A model generated the notes under the pieces. The model ran no database searches, was not told the origin of the DNA, and saw nothing but the letters and a program-made list of their open reading frames with translations. The translations under genes and the position numbers were made by a program. 41,338 nt of DNA from Nemertoderma westbladi. Lineage: Eukaryota > Animalia > Xenacoelomorpha. Positions 1 to 9,674 of this stretch are shown piece by piece; the stretch's first letter is position 1, and every line of letters starts with the position of its first letter. The stretch covers positions 1 through 41,338 of the forward strand of contig JAUCBJ010001342.1 in the NCBI GenBank assembly GCA_032718475.1. Direction: 5' to 3'.

Positions 1-147
1 TCATAGTGCAGCTAGTGACACAGACCCATTCGCAGTTTTATGGGGAATAATCTAGTGTGACGCACTTCAAACATTCTTGTTGAGAATTGTGGTTGATTAT
101 GTTCTATGCATGTCCTTAGAACATCTTAATAAATATGGGTTGATGGT
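1..147 (+). mobile_element. Diverged RTE-like LINE reverse transcriptase fragment (copy 1, 5' part)
   Basis: Nucleotide-collinear with ~7325-7466 (e.g. cattcttgtt..aattgtggttgattatgttcta.gcatgtccttaga). A stop codon falls in the QGD-equivalent motif. Confidence 0.85.
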
Positions 148-164
148 GTGAATAATCTCCGGTT

Positions 165-430
165 ATGTTTGTTCAGTGGGATCACGTTTGCGTCTCACAC
201 GCACATTTGTTTTGTAATTAGGATCGAAACTTATCTAGGTTTTCGTGTTGTGTCACGTTTGGTTTTCCCAACGCCGATATGTTTATATTTGTGCTTTGTA
301 GATCGAACCGTGTAGGTTGTCCAGTGGGATCACGTTTGGGTTGTCAAACGCTGATACAATTATTGTAAGTCATATGATCCATGTCATCGACCCCCTGCCC
401 CCGCCAGCCCATAGATGCAATTGGATCGAA
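165..430 (+). repeat. Three imperfect ~71-77 bp tandem repeats (enhancer-like) in the LTR-like insert
   Basis: TCACGTTTG at 182, 253 and 330; GATCGAA at 222, 301 and 424; CAGTGGGATCACGTTTG occurs twice. Confidence 0.6.
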
Positions 431-459
431 ACGTAATTGTTTGTCCAACCAGTAGCTCC

Positions 460-538
460 GACCAATCAGGGATGAACTACGACCAATCAGCATTCAGAGC
501 ATTCCGATCCCGATTTGCATAATGTCTGGCTATAAAAG
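460..538 (+). promoter_or_regulatory. Pol II promoter: two CCAAT boxes, octamer, TATA box
   Basis: GACCAATCAG at 460-469 and 481-490, ATTTGCAT at 513-520, TATAAAAG at 531-538, followed by a pyrimidine-rich stretch. Confidence 0.65.
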
Positions 539-905
539 GGCCTGTTTTCTCATTTTCCTTACCTTCTTGCATCTTCACACTCTGCTTGCGGAAGCCCCTG
601 ACTTTTACAACTTAAGTTTTAATATTTTTAGCAGCATTTTTATCTATAAATAGAATTTCTGTATTTTCTGCAACTTCTGCAATATATTTTAATTTCTCAC
701 TAATTATAACGATATAATATATAGTTCCGTCAGTTCTCTATGACTTCAACCTTGTTTTATATCAACTCCCCCCCCCATTCCATTCAGTCCACTTCATTGC
801 TTGCTAACGGGAGGTGTCTAATCGCCCTCACACTTGATAAGACCCGACGGAACAGGCGCAGTCTCCCCCTCTCCTTCGCTCAACTCTGCGCTGTTCCTCA
901 CCATC

Positions 906-1143
906 ATGGTATCACAACCTACGGACTCAAGAAGTAGAAGAAATCCAGCTATACTTGGGATCAAGGAGGTTGAAGCCTTCGCATAACTACGAAGTAAGGG
1001 GAAGGCTAGTTCATTGTGTCAAGTACAATGCACACATCTGACTCCAGACCATATATAGATCATTGGGAATGTCTACAGGCTTCACTCTTGAACGAAGTCG
1101 TCTCCTCTTTGCAGGACATTGCTTTCACCGAAAGGATCTGCCG
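906..1143 (+). mobile_element. RTE-like LINE copy 1, 3' part, with several internal deletions
   Basis: MVSQPTDSRSRRNPA resembles MITPPTGSRSRGNTA (~7463-7508). Short matches to the YLGS and DLRIHKGK segments follow, then gttcattgtgtcaagtacaatgcacacatct...tttgcaggacattgctttc matching ~7970-8112. Confidence 0.8.
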
Positions 1144-1154
1144 AACTCAGTAGG

Positions 1155-1740
1155 ATGGGATTGTGGCAAGATGAAAATGAGGGAAAATGGTAATGTGGGA
1201 AAATTATAATGTCGCCGATAGATGGGAATGTGTGAAGATGAGATTGTAAGACGATGGGAATCTGATAAGATGGGAATGTGGGTAGAAGGGAATGTGGGAA
1301 GATGAGAATGTGGGAAGATGGGAATGTGGGAAGATGGGAATGTGGAAATATGGGAATCTGATAAGATGGGAATGTGGGTAGATGGGTGAGAATTTGGTAA
1401 GATGGAAATCTAAGAAGATGTGAATGTGGGAAGATGTGAGGTAGGTGGGATTATGGGTAGATGGATGGGATGTAGGAAGATATGGGAAGATTTATGGAAA
1501 TGTGGAAAGATGGAAATCTCGGAATGTTGGTAGATGGGTGACGACAATGTGGGAAGATCGGCATGCGGGAATATTTGTGGAAATATGGGAACTTAATGTG
1601 AGAAGATGGATGAGAGTGGGGAAAGATGGGAAGATGGGAATGTGGAAAGATGGGAATGTGGGTAGATCGGAATGTGGGTAGATGGATGGGAATATGGGAA
1701 GATTTATGAAAATGTGGAAAGATGGAAACTGGGAAAATTT
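1155..1740. repeat. Degenerate 16-bp G/A-rich minisatellite (GGGAATGTGGGAAGAT)n
   Basis: Unit is clearest around 1288-1345. Strong strand asymmetry with regular GGG runs (G-quadruplex potential). Confidence 0.9.
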
Positions 1741-1749
1741 GCTTTGCAG

Positions 1750-2575
1750 GCTTTGTTCTAGTGTCAAGCTTGGGAGAACCAATGAGACACCTCCAATGTT
1801 GTATGTTATCTGGTTGGAGATGCAGAGGGTGTGCATTGTACTTGACACAGTGAACCCGACGTAGCATCTTGCCAATGTGCCATCCACAGATTTGGAGTCC
1901 TCAGTGGTTAGAGCCCAGCATGCACTCCCATAGAGGAGTACTGGAACCACTGCTGCTCTAATTAATCGGACCCTAAGTTTCCGATTAATTCTCTGTGACT
2001 TCCAAATTCTGGAAAGCCCATTCAATGCTGCCCATGCCTTTCTCTTACGTATTCGAAGGTCCTCACCTGACTTCCGGATCCATTATCCCAGGTAACAGAA
2101 GTTGTCCACATGCTCAAGCATACCATCTTTTGAGCTTTTCCTCATCCGATCAGAGATTTGCTGTCATAATTTTGGTCTTTTTGGTGTTAATAAAAAGACC
2201 AACACTAGAAGCAGCCTGTTCTAATGAGCTGAGGAGCCGTTGGTATCCTTCTAGTGATTCTGAGAGTACTCCTATGTCATCAGCAAAGTCTAGATCAGTT
2301 AGGTACTTGGCAGGATTTCCTTGGTCGTATCGCCAATGGGAATATCTGTGAGTACAGACTCAGACACTTTTACTTCTATGAAGTTATCAGGCAATACCCT
2401 GTCATTATTGAGGAGCTTTTCAAAGTGAGCCTTCCAACCATTGAGGTGATCGGCTGGTGATTCAGCTTTAACCTTGGTGGTTGGTTGGATTTTCCGCCCA
2501 GTAAGCAGATTGATTGATTTCCATGCCTGGGATGATTGTCGTTGGCATCATTGATGGCATCAACAATGCCCCGTT
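1750..2575 (-). mobile_element. RTE-like LINE copy 2, internally deleted
   Basis: 1750-2320 is the reverse complement of ~7496-8067 (YLTDLDFADD...RAAVVPVLLYGSACWALT). 2320-2575 translates to AWKSINLLTGRK...LNGWKAHFEKLLN, typical of the LINE linker upstream of the RT. Confidence 0.9.
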
Positions 2576-2580
2576 GTTGT

Positions 2581-2630
2581 GGGAGGCCCTAAGCCGCGGC
2601 CTACTCGGCCTATGCCTTAATACGGCCCTG
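2581..2630 (-). mobile_element. Orphan DNA-transposon/MITE terminus (CAGGGCCGTATTAAGG...), hAT-like
   Basis: Reverse complement begins CAGGGCCGTATTAAGGCATAGG, resembling common invertebrate MITE ends. No partner end or target-site duplication found. Confidence 0.35.
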
Positions 2631-2919
2631 ATTATTAAAAAAAATAAATTTAAATGGATACATTAAATACATAAACAATTATATACTCTATCAACGTTTT
2701 AATAGTAGGCTCCCTATAACTGTAAAATCTATAACTTTTTTTTATAACCTTTCTTTGGCTACGCAAATGCCTGGGCTGGGACAATGTGAATCCTATCTGG
2801 TCGGGCTGCTAATGGAACTAACATTAACATATTATTTTGCTTTTCTGGAAAGGCAACGCATTTTACAGATATTACAGTATTTAATGAAACTTTTCCGGCC
2901 CTTTCAACATTTTTTCAAG

Positions 2920-2920
<1 letters not shown>

Positions 2921-2950
<30 letters not shown>

Positions 2951-2984
2951 TGGGCCAACGCCCCCCTCCCCAAATCCGCCACTG
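2921..2984 (-). mobile_element. Orphan MITE terminus (CAGTGGCGGATTTG...) with G28 tract
   Basis: Reverse complement begins CAGTGGCGGATTTGGGG; poly-G at 2921-2948. No partner end found. Confidence 0.35.
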
Positions 2985-3912
2985 TATCGAACTACCCACC
3001 TTTCGACTTTTCTATCTTCCCCAAATCCCACCCATCCACCCACCTATCTGATAAATGCATTGATGCATAAAAATTTAATTTATTTGTGTATATTAAAGAA
3101 TACCGAAGATGAAATCGTGAATGAATCATCTGTTTATTTTGTCTGCAGGTGGAGAGGCAGAGAGGTTACTGTCCTTGTCCTATATGTAATGTAATGAACA
3201 ATCCAAGACCGAATTCCCGTAGTACAACCTAATAATAATATTGTACTGGAACAATTCCAGGGCCTGGATGGATGTTGAATGCCAGCTCAGTGTTTTAGCT
3301 TGGTTCTACAGTTGCCGCCTGTAAGCTTTAGAGTTTTATCACTGATCAATGTGATTGGAATGGTTATATTTCTTGGTACCTGGATAAGTAGCCACCAATC
3401 CCCTTTCTCCCTATCCTATTCCCATTTAATAAAAAGGCCCAATGCAACAGCTTAAGCAAGCAGAGCAGTGTGATGGGTGTGTGATGTTGGCTGGTTGGGG
3501 TTTGAGCCAGATATATACTGGAGTTCTACATAAGAGTGCAGTGAGCTGGTTTTATATTATTTAGGTAATAGATAGTGTGTAGCAAACATAAGCCATTCCA
3601 AGTTTGCATAACTCTGTTAATTATTTGCTATATCAGGTTGTTTGTTAATTATTTATTATTAGTTGTAGTAATGTAATGTAGGCCTAATGTATGTAAAGTA
3701 GAGTAGTAGTCGGCAGTCGGCTAGGTCTGTTACCGGTTCTTTAAATACGTTCTATAAATTTTCCTCCCACCGGTAATAGTTGAAAATTGAGGAATTAGGT
3801 AGGCCCTAGGATGTTTTTTTCCATTATTTTCCTGGTTTTGTTTTAACACCAGGACCGCATTCTCATTTCGCTGTTAAGTCTTCAATGACTGCCTGCGAGG
3901 AAAAAACAGTTG

Positions 3913-3972
3913 TTATTCCGGAATTCCGCTACCAGTCTGCTGGGCTGGTCTGGTAGTGGAATTCCGGAATAA
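3913..3972. repeat. 23-bp inverted repeat with 14-nt spacer (60-nt hairpin)
   Basis: TTATTCCGGAATTCCGCTACCAG (3913-3935) pairs with CTGGTAGTGGAATTCCGGAATAA (3950-3972), with a single G-T pair. Confidence 0.9.
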
Positions 3973-4889
3973 ACCAGTAACTTTTTACTGACAACCTATT
4001 ACATTATTACAGTAGGCCCTATTAGTTACAGAAGTACATTATTACAGTATTAGTCTTCTTAGGAGGCCTTCATTAGGCTTTCTAAACATAAATTAAGGGC
4101 ATAAATACGTAAAAGTACATAGCGGTACAACATCAACCAGCTGAATTAGCCGACCAATAAACAAGATACATTAGTACCCCAACAGCCCAAGCTGCCAAGT
4201 AGTACTGCGGTAATTAGTATATGTTAAAATATAACTACCTAGGTAATACACCATACTGCCATAACCCGTAATATACCGGTAGTGTCATTTTCCAGTTATC
4301 ATATTGCTTGACATTTGAAACAACTACCTGACTACCTACGGCATACCGCTGTTGGCCACCTACTAAAAAATAAATAACACATTCTAGAATTTTGTGTATT
4401 TCTTAAATCGAATAAATGGCCTACAGAGCACGATACTTCTTGCAATGTTTGAACGCCTATAGGCCTACTGCTGTACTGCTATATCTCAGCTGTTTCTTAA
4501 CGAAATTCAGATATTTTTACATATTTGGAATCCATGCAAATCAAGCTGTCAAGTTTTCCACTTTCTAATGATATGAATAAATTATTACTAAATGTGAAGA
4601 ATGACCACGATACAGAGGGTGCGATTTAGCAAGACACTTTTTAAATCACTTATATTATAATAAAATTAAAAGGCAAAATCACCAGAAAATTACACGATAT
4701 TACTGGTCATGGACTCAATGACTCGTGGTGTACGTGTAATATAATGTTAAAAAAATATTTTGTGTTTTTAATAATAATTAATTTTTGACATAGTCCTGCT
4801 CCTGGAATATAGTGTCGTATACATTCAAGTACCTAGGCCTACCTATCTAGTGCCCTTCCCAAAATTTTTGTACAAATTTTAATTCTTAA

Positions 4890-6638
4890 CACTAATCGGT
4901 ACAGACTTGTGGTCTTTACTAAATGGTACATGTGTGCTACAATTTGTAGTCATGTATGTCCCCCATGTCAATTGTATTTACTAAGTAATTTCAATAGGCC
5001 TATATGGTTCATTTGAGCTGTAAAACTAAATTAAAACTAAATTAAATTTGCAATTATTTAACTGTCTAACCAGGCAGCCAGACTGCAGACTGTCATCCTG
5101 AACTGAACACAATGTTGTTTTCAGATCTGCAGATCATGATCAGGGTGATTTATCACATATTTCTCCCAAATAGACTACTTTAAACATACAGAATATATTA
5201 GAGATCGCCTAACAAAACTGGCACAGCCCATCCATATCGTTAGTTTCTGATATTTTAGGGGAAAGGAGCAGGTTACAGTGACTACTGGTAATTATTCTAA
5301 CCAAAACAATAAATGACTATTAATTCACAATTCTTGTAAGAATATTATCAAATCGTAGACAGCGAATTAGAAATTTGAATCGTTGAAAGCCAAGAGTAGC
5401 TTTAAAGAATGGTGGTCCATCAATCGGATGCCAGAGCTCTTGAATGTTTTGATGTGCGCTTTTATATATATATACTCCTGTCATTATCAGTACAGCCAGG
5501 CTCGCTTTTAGCTCAACAAATGAAAACTGAATGAATGTTTTTCCAAGTTTTTCACCTAGGATTCGACATTTTCTATTGGTCTCACGCAATATGATGTAAA
5601 TAATTTCATATTGTAAAAAACATAAAAAAACTATCAAGTTCCGTTATTGGGTTTTGTAAAACTCTAGGTACAACTCTGACAATATCTATCCGTGATTTCT
5701 TTCTTGGTTTGGGTTCTGATTCAACATACTCATCACCAGAACGTGCTAAAATGATATTTTCATTTGTGCCTGGTAATGTGGATATAGATTCTCCTGAATC
5801 ATACTCACTATCACTACCACCACTACAGCTGCTCTCGATCTCAAGTTCAAAATCACTATCACTCAATAAACCTGAAATATTATCAATGTTTGAATCACAG
5901 TCATTTTCACTTTCCTCAATAATATATTTTCTTCCCCTTCACGTGCTTCATCAGATGAACCTTCACTGCCATCATGAACATCTTCGCCAAATATTATATG
6001 ATGTTCTAAACTACGCCAAACTCTGGACATTTACGGAAACCGGGTGGGTACGTACATATAGAAATAGAATAATAAAACGTACAACCTACACAATGATGTT
6101 GCAGACTTACTGACTGACATATACAGTATGATTTCGTTTTGTCAAGTAATAATTCTTATTGTAATTGTAATAATGTAAAGACCCAATCAAAATTGACTTT
6201 GATTAAATTTATGGTTGGGGAAATCGCCAATAAGATAATTTTTCAGATGGGCAGGTGCCTCAGAATTAGCTATTGAGTGTTGTTGTGTAGCATGAATGTG
6301 TAGCTCTTACCTAAAACATCAATATTACTTTACTGACTGTATATAACCTGTTTCTGCATCATATTGAACACAACCCCTCACTCTATAACAACAATTTCAT
6401 ATGTGATTATATGGAGAACTCAAGACTACATTTTGTAGTTGACATGTACCTTTGGAGGTTTTCTATTCTCAGTGGTGTATAAATAGACATTTATGGTCAT
6501 AGGAATGTTTAAGCATATATTTAATGCCTTAATCTAGGGATAGATGGCGCCTGGAGTATTAATTCCAAAATTTCTTTAACAAACTTGATGCTGAAACATT
6601 TCGGACTACAAAATGTAGCACACATGTACGTATTAGTG
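4890..6638 (-). mobile_element. Non-autonomous, internally deleted piggyBac transposon
   Basis: TTAA at 4886-4889 and 6639-6642. Both ends read CACTAATnnGTACA. A 26-bp internal inverted repeat (4926-4951 vs 6604-6629, 1 mismatch) is asymmetrically placed. Transposase remnant inside. Confidence 0.9.
5320..6030 (-). pseudogene. piggyBac (PGBD4-like) transposase N-terminal pseudogene
   Basis: ATG at 6030, acidic Ser-rich N-terminus, then ELKASLAVLIMTG...ELW...GPPFFKATLGFQRFKFLIRCLRFDN. Frameshifts near 5920 and 5610-5637; truncated before the DDD catalytic core. Confidence 0.85.
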
Positions 6639-7184
6639 TTAATGATATTGGCATTTCATGACATTTGAAACAAGGATAATTTCACCTCCCTAGGCCTACC
6701 GTACTTTTTAGTGCTGTAATGGGTAGGGTATGTCAGAATTTTTTTTTGCTTTCATTCTTTATCTACAAGCGTTTAAAAAATGTGTCCCTGTAGATATTTC
6801 TCTCTCTCTAGTTACCCTGCAGTTATCCTTCAACCTCGAAGTAATTTGTTGATACTGTTAGAAAGCTGTGGATGCAAGGAGTCCACATTGCACATTGTAG
6901 CACAATCTAAATTTCGTTGTAAAATAACTGAGATATGAGCGTTCAAAAGTTTCATGGTTTTGCACCTGTGCAAAATAGTGCTTGTACCTGAATAACGGCA
7001 CTGTCGGCACTTCATTCCAGCTCCAGGACATGGTGTATGTGTGGTGAATTTTTAGCAAACTGGCAAATCCTTTGATTGATGGTGGCATCCGACAGTCACA
7101 TCATATAATTTAAGGATGTACTGAACACATTGGACTTTGGGGAATTTTACATATTTTTTAAATAGAACTTTTATGTCAAGGGCT

Positions 7185-8296
7185 GTTATCTTTGTTGACT
7201 TCTTCAAGGCCTTTGATTCAGTCTCTCGCTCACGTATGTTCAGCATACTTTCATTATATGGGATTCCTGATGAAATTATTGCAGCAATCAGATCAGTATA
7301 CGATGGTTCGACAACATTTGTGTCTATTGTTGATGGTGACACAGAACCATTTGAAGTGTTATGGGGCGTCCTCCAGGGAGACACACTTGCACCATTCTTG
7401 TTCATAATTGTGGTTGATTATGTTCTACGCATGTCCTTAGATCATCATAATGATGATGGGGTGATGATAACTCCACCTACTGGCTCCAGAAGTCGAGGAA
7501 ATACTGCCAAGTACCTAACTGATCTAGACTTTGCTGATGACTTAGGAGTACTCTCAGATTCATTAGAGGGAGCCCAACGGCTCCTCAGCTCATTAGAACA
7601 TGCTGCTTCTAGTGTTGGTCTTTTTATTAACTCCAGAAAGACCAAAATTTTGACAGTTAACTTTGAAAGTCCTCAGCAAGTCTCTGATCGGATGAGCATA
7701 AGCTCAAAGGATGGTATGCTTGAGCATGTGGACGACTTCTGTTACCTGGGATCATGGATCCGGAAGTCAGGTGAGGACCTTCGAATACATAAGGGAAAGG
7801 CATGGGCAGCCTTGAATAGGCTTTCCAGGATTTGGAAGTCACCGAGAATTAATCGGAAACTTAAGGTCCGATTATTTAGAGCAGCAGTAGTTCCAGTACT
7901 CCATTCTGGGCTCTAACTGCTGAGGACACCAAATCTCTGGATGGCACATTCACAAGAATGCTACGCCGGGTTCATTGTGTCAAGTACAATGCACACATCT
8001 CCAACCAGACACTATATAACATTGGAGGTGTCTCATTGGTTCCCCCAAGCGTGACACTAGAACAAAATCGCCTCCGCTTTGCAGGACATTGCTTTCGCCG
8101 TGAGGACCAGCCAGTGCATAATCTTGTACTTTGGCAGCCTCATGGAGTGAATAAGCATGGTGGACAGCCCATGACTTTCTTGAGACGCATCTTAAAGGAC
8201 ACTGGCCTTGAAGATGCGGATGATCTAGCAAATGTCATGGGTGATAGGGAGTTGTGGCTGTGCAATTTTGTTGACAAGCCGGCACAGCATTCTTAA
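7185..8296 (+). pseudogene. Reverse transcriptase pseudogene (ORFs 7137-7916 and 7958-8296 are one frameshifted ORF)
   Basis: A 13-nt deletion at ~7901 relative to copy 2 (ctctatgggagtg missing) shifts the frame. No endonuclease domain present. Confidence 0.88.
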
Positions 8297-8332
8297 AAAT
8301 GCAGCTGCAATGCAGCATGCCGATCCTAGTAG
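7185..8332 (+). mobile_element. 5'-truncated RTE-like LINE (copy 3) with 13-bp target-site duplication
   Basis: RT motifs FVDFFKAFDSV, GVLQGDTLAPFLF, DLDFADD and FCYLG; C-terminal RLRFAGHCFR. TATGTCAAGGGCT at 7172-7184 and 8333-8345, short TAGTAG tail. Confidence 0.92.
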
Positions 8333-8838
8333 TATGTCAAGGGCTCATAATGGTTATATAGGTTTTTTTAATGGGGGAGGAGGCTTGTGTAATTGAAGTC
8401 GATATGCACGTACATGATGATGAATCAGCTTGTGGTTATATTTCTTTTTTAGTATTATCAGATTTTCAGCCTGCCGTAATTGATGATTGGAAGATACAAT
8501 AATGTTTTTATATGCAGATCCAATGGGAAGTATTGGAAAATTCTTGTCTGTCAGGTATTTTTCCTACATTCGAATCTTCGACTTTGTTCATTTGTGCATC
8601 ACATTGTTTTGGCAATGGCAACGCCCACCAAAACAATAAAAAGAGAGGCAACAGAACGGGTAACAGTTGTATTTTTGGGATTAATCAGCTGTTATTAGCA
8701 TCGATTTTCCCCTGGAGATTTTGATGGCGTCGAAAGCCAATCCCCCCCCCCCCCCCACATCCTTCTCTCCCCTATCTGGTTTGCAATGATTAAATATCAT
8801 GAAACCTCTTGCAACTGTGCTCAGTGATTTATGGACAT

Positions 8839-8919
8839 GTGACCAATAATCACTATTGCGTATTGGTCACCAATAGTCACCATTGGCCACCAATAGTAGT
8901 CACCATCGGTGACTATTGA
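8839..8919. repeat. Cluster of short direct and inverted GTCACCAATAG-type repeats with several CCAAT/ATTGG motifs
   Basis: GTGACCAATA...TATTGGTCAC, CACCAATAGT twice, TAGTCACC-atc-GGTGACTA; about 0.8 kb upstream of ERK. Confidence 0.55.
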
Positions 8920-9674
8920 CGCAAATATCCTCCCAGATGATTAATACCTCGTCTCTGAGAGGGAATTAAAAATATCCGGATATGCGGGATATTTTCTGTT
9001 GTTATTTTAAAGATACAAATTTACAAGAGGACGATATATTTACAATAATTTTTGTTTATTGTATAACTGTCTATCAATCTATCAATTTATCATGTGCTGG
9101 AACATTTCACATTGAACATATATTCCCCAATGCATAGTCAGTCATAGTGCAGTAGTGGTAGCGCGCATCCGAAATTACTTTGTTAAATGTTTAAATTATA
9201 TTGTACGAGGTAGTACCATATTACTAAACTAAAGTAATAAACAGTTTTATTTCATTATAAATAAAGTTTCAACAATCAATGTGTGAGTTGCATCTGCAGC
9301 ATATGCTGAGCTGATAAGGTGCTTCATATTACTACCGGCACCGGGTATATATTATTATCTTATATTATATAATAATATACATACGTAATATCTATGTAAC
9401 CTTTTTGATTATTGATAGTAACAATGTGTTGGCAAGCTGTATTTTTCGAGGTGTTTGTTATTACACATTTCGATTAGACTATAGCTGTATAGTGCATGAC
9501 GTGACACTTAGTGAGGTCTAATTTGTATTTCCAATCGTTATAATAAACATTATCTTGTTTGATACATAATATTTATCTGGACTTCATATTTCGATATCGA
9601 AATATAAATTGATGATAACTCAAAAATAGAAGAACATATACATTTATACACATCGGTCCGGTACGTATACAGTA

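Larger units (their letters stand above)
147..906 (+). mobile_element. Solo-LTR-like insertion (~760 bp) interrupting RTE copy 1
   Basis: RTE homology stops at ~147 and resumes in register at ~906. ATGGT is duplicated (143-147, 906-910), TG...CA ends are possible, and there is an internal Pol II promoter and ~75-bp imperfect repeats. Exact boundaries are ambiguous. Confidence 0.55.

Noticed and set aside
905-918. Primer-binding site (CA-TGGTATCA) after an LTR
   Set aside because: The sequence is the resumed LINE RT frame (MVSQPT), not a tRNA complement followed by gag.
1445-1867. Trp/Gly- and His/Pro-rich ORFs
   Set aside because: Translations of the 16-bp minisatellite plus a LINE remnant.
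9140-9170. tRNA/SINE A-box-like GCAGTAGTGGTAGCGCG
   Set aside because: No B box or cloverleaf follows.
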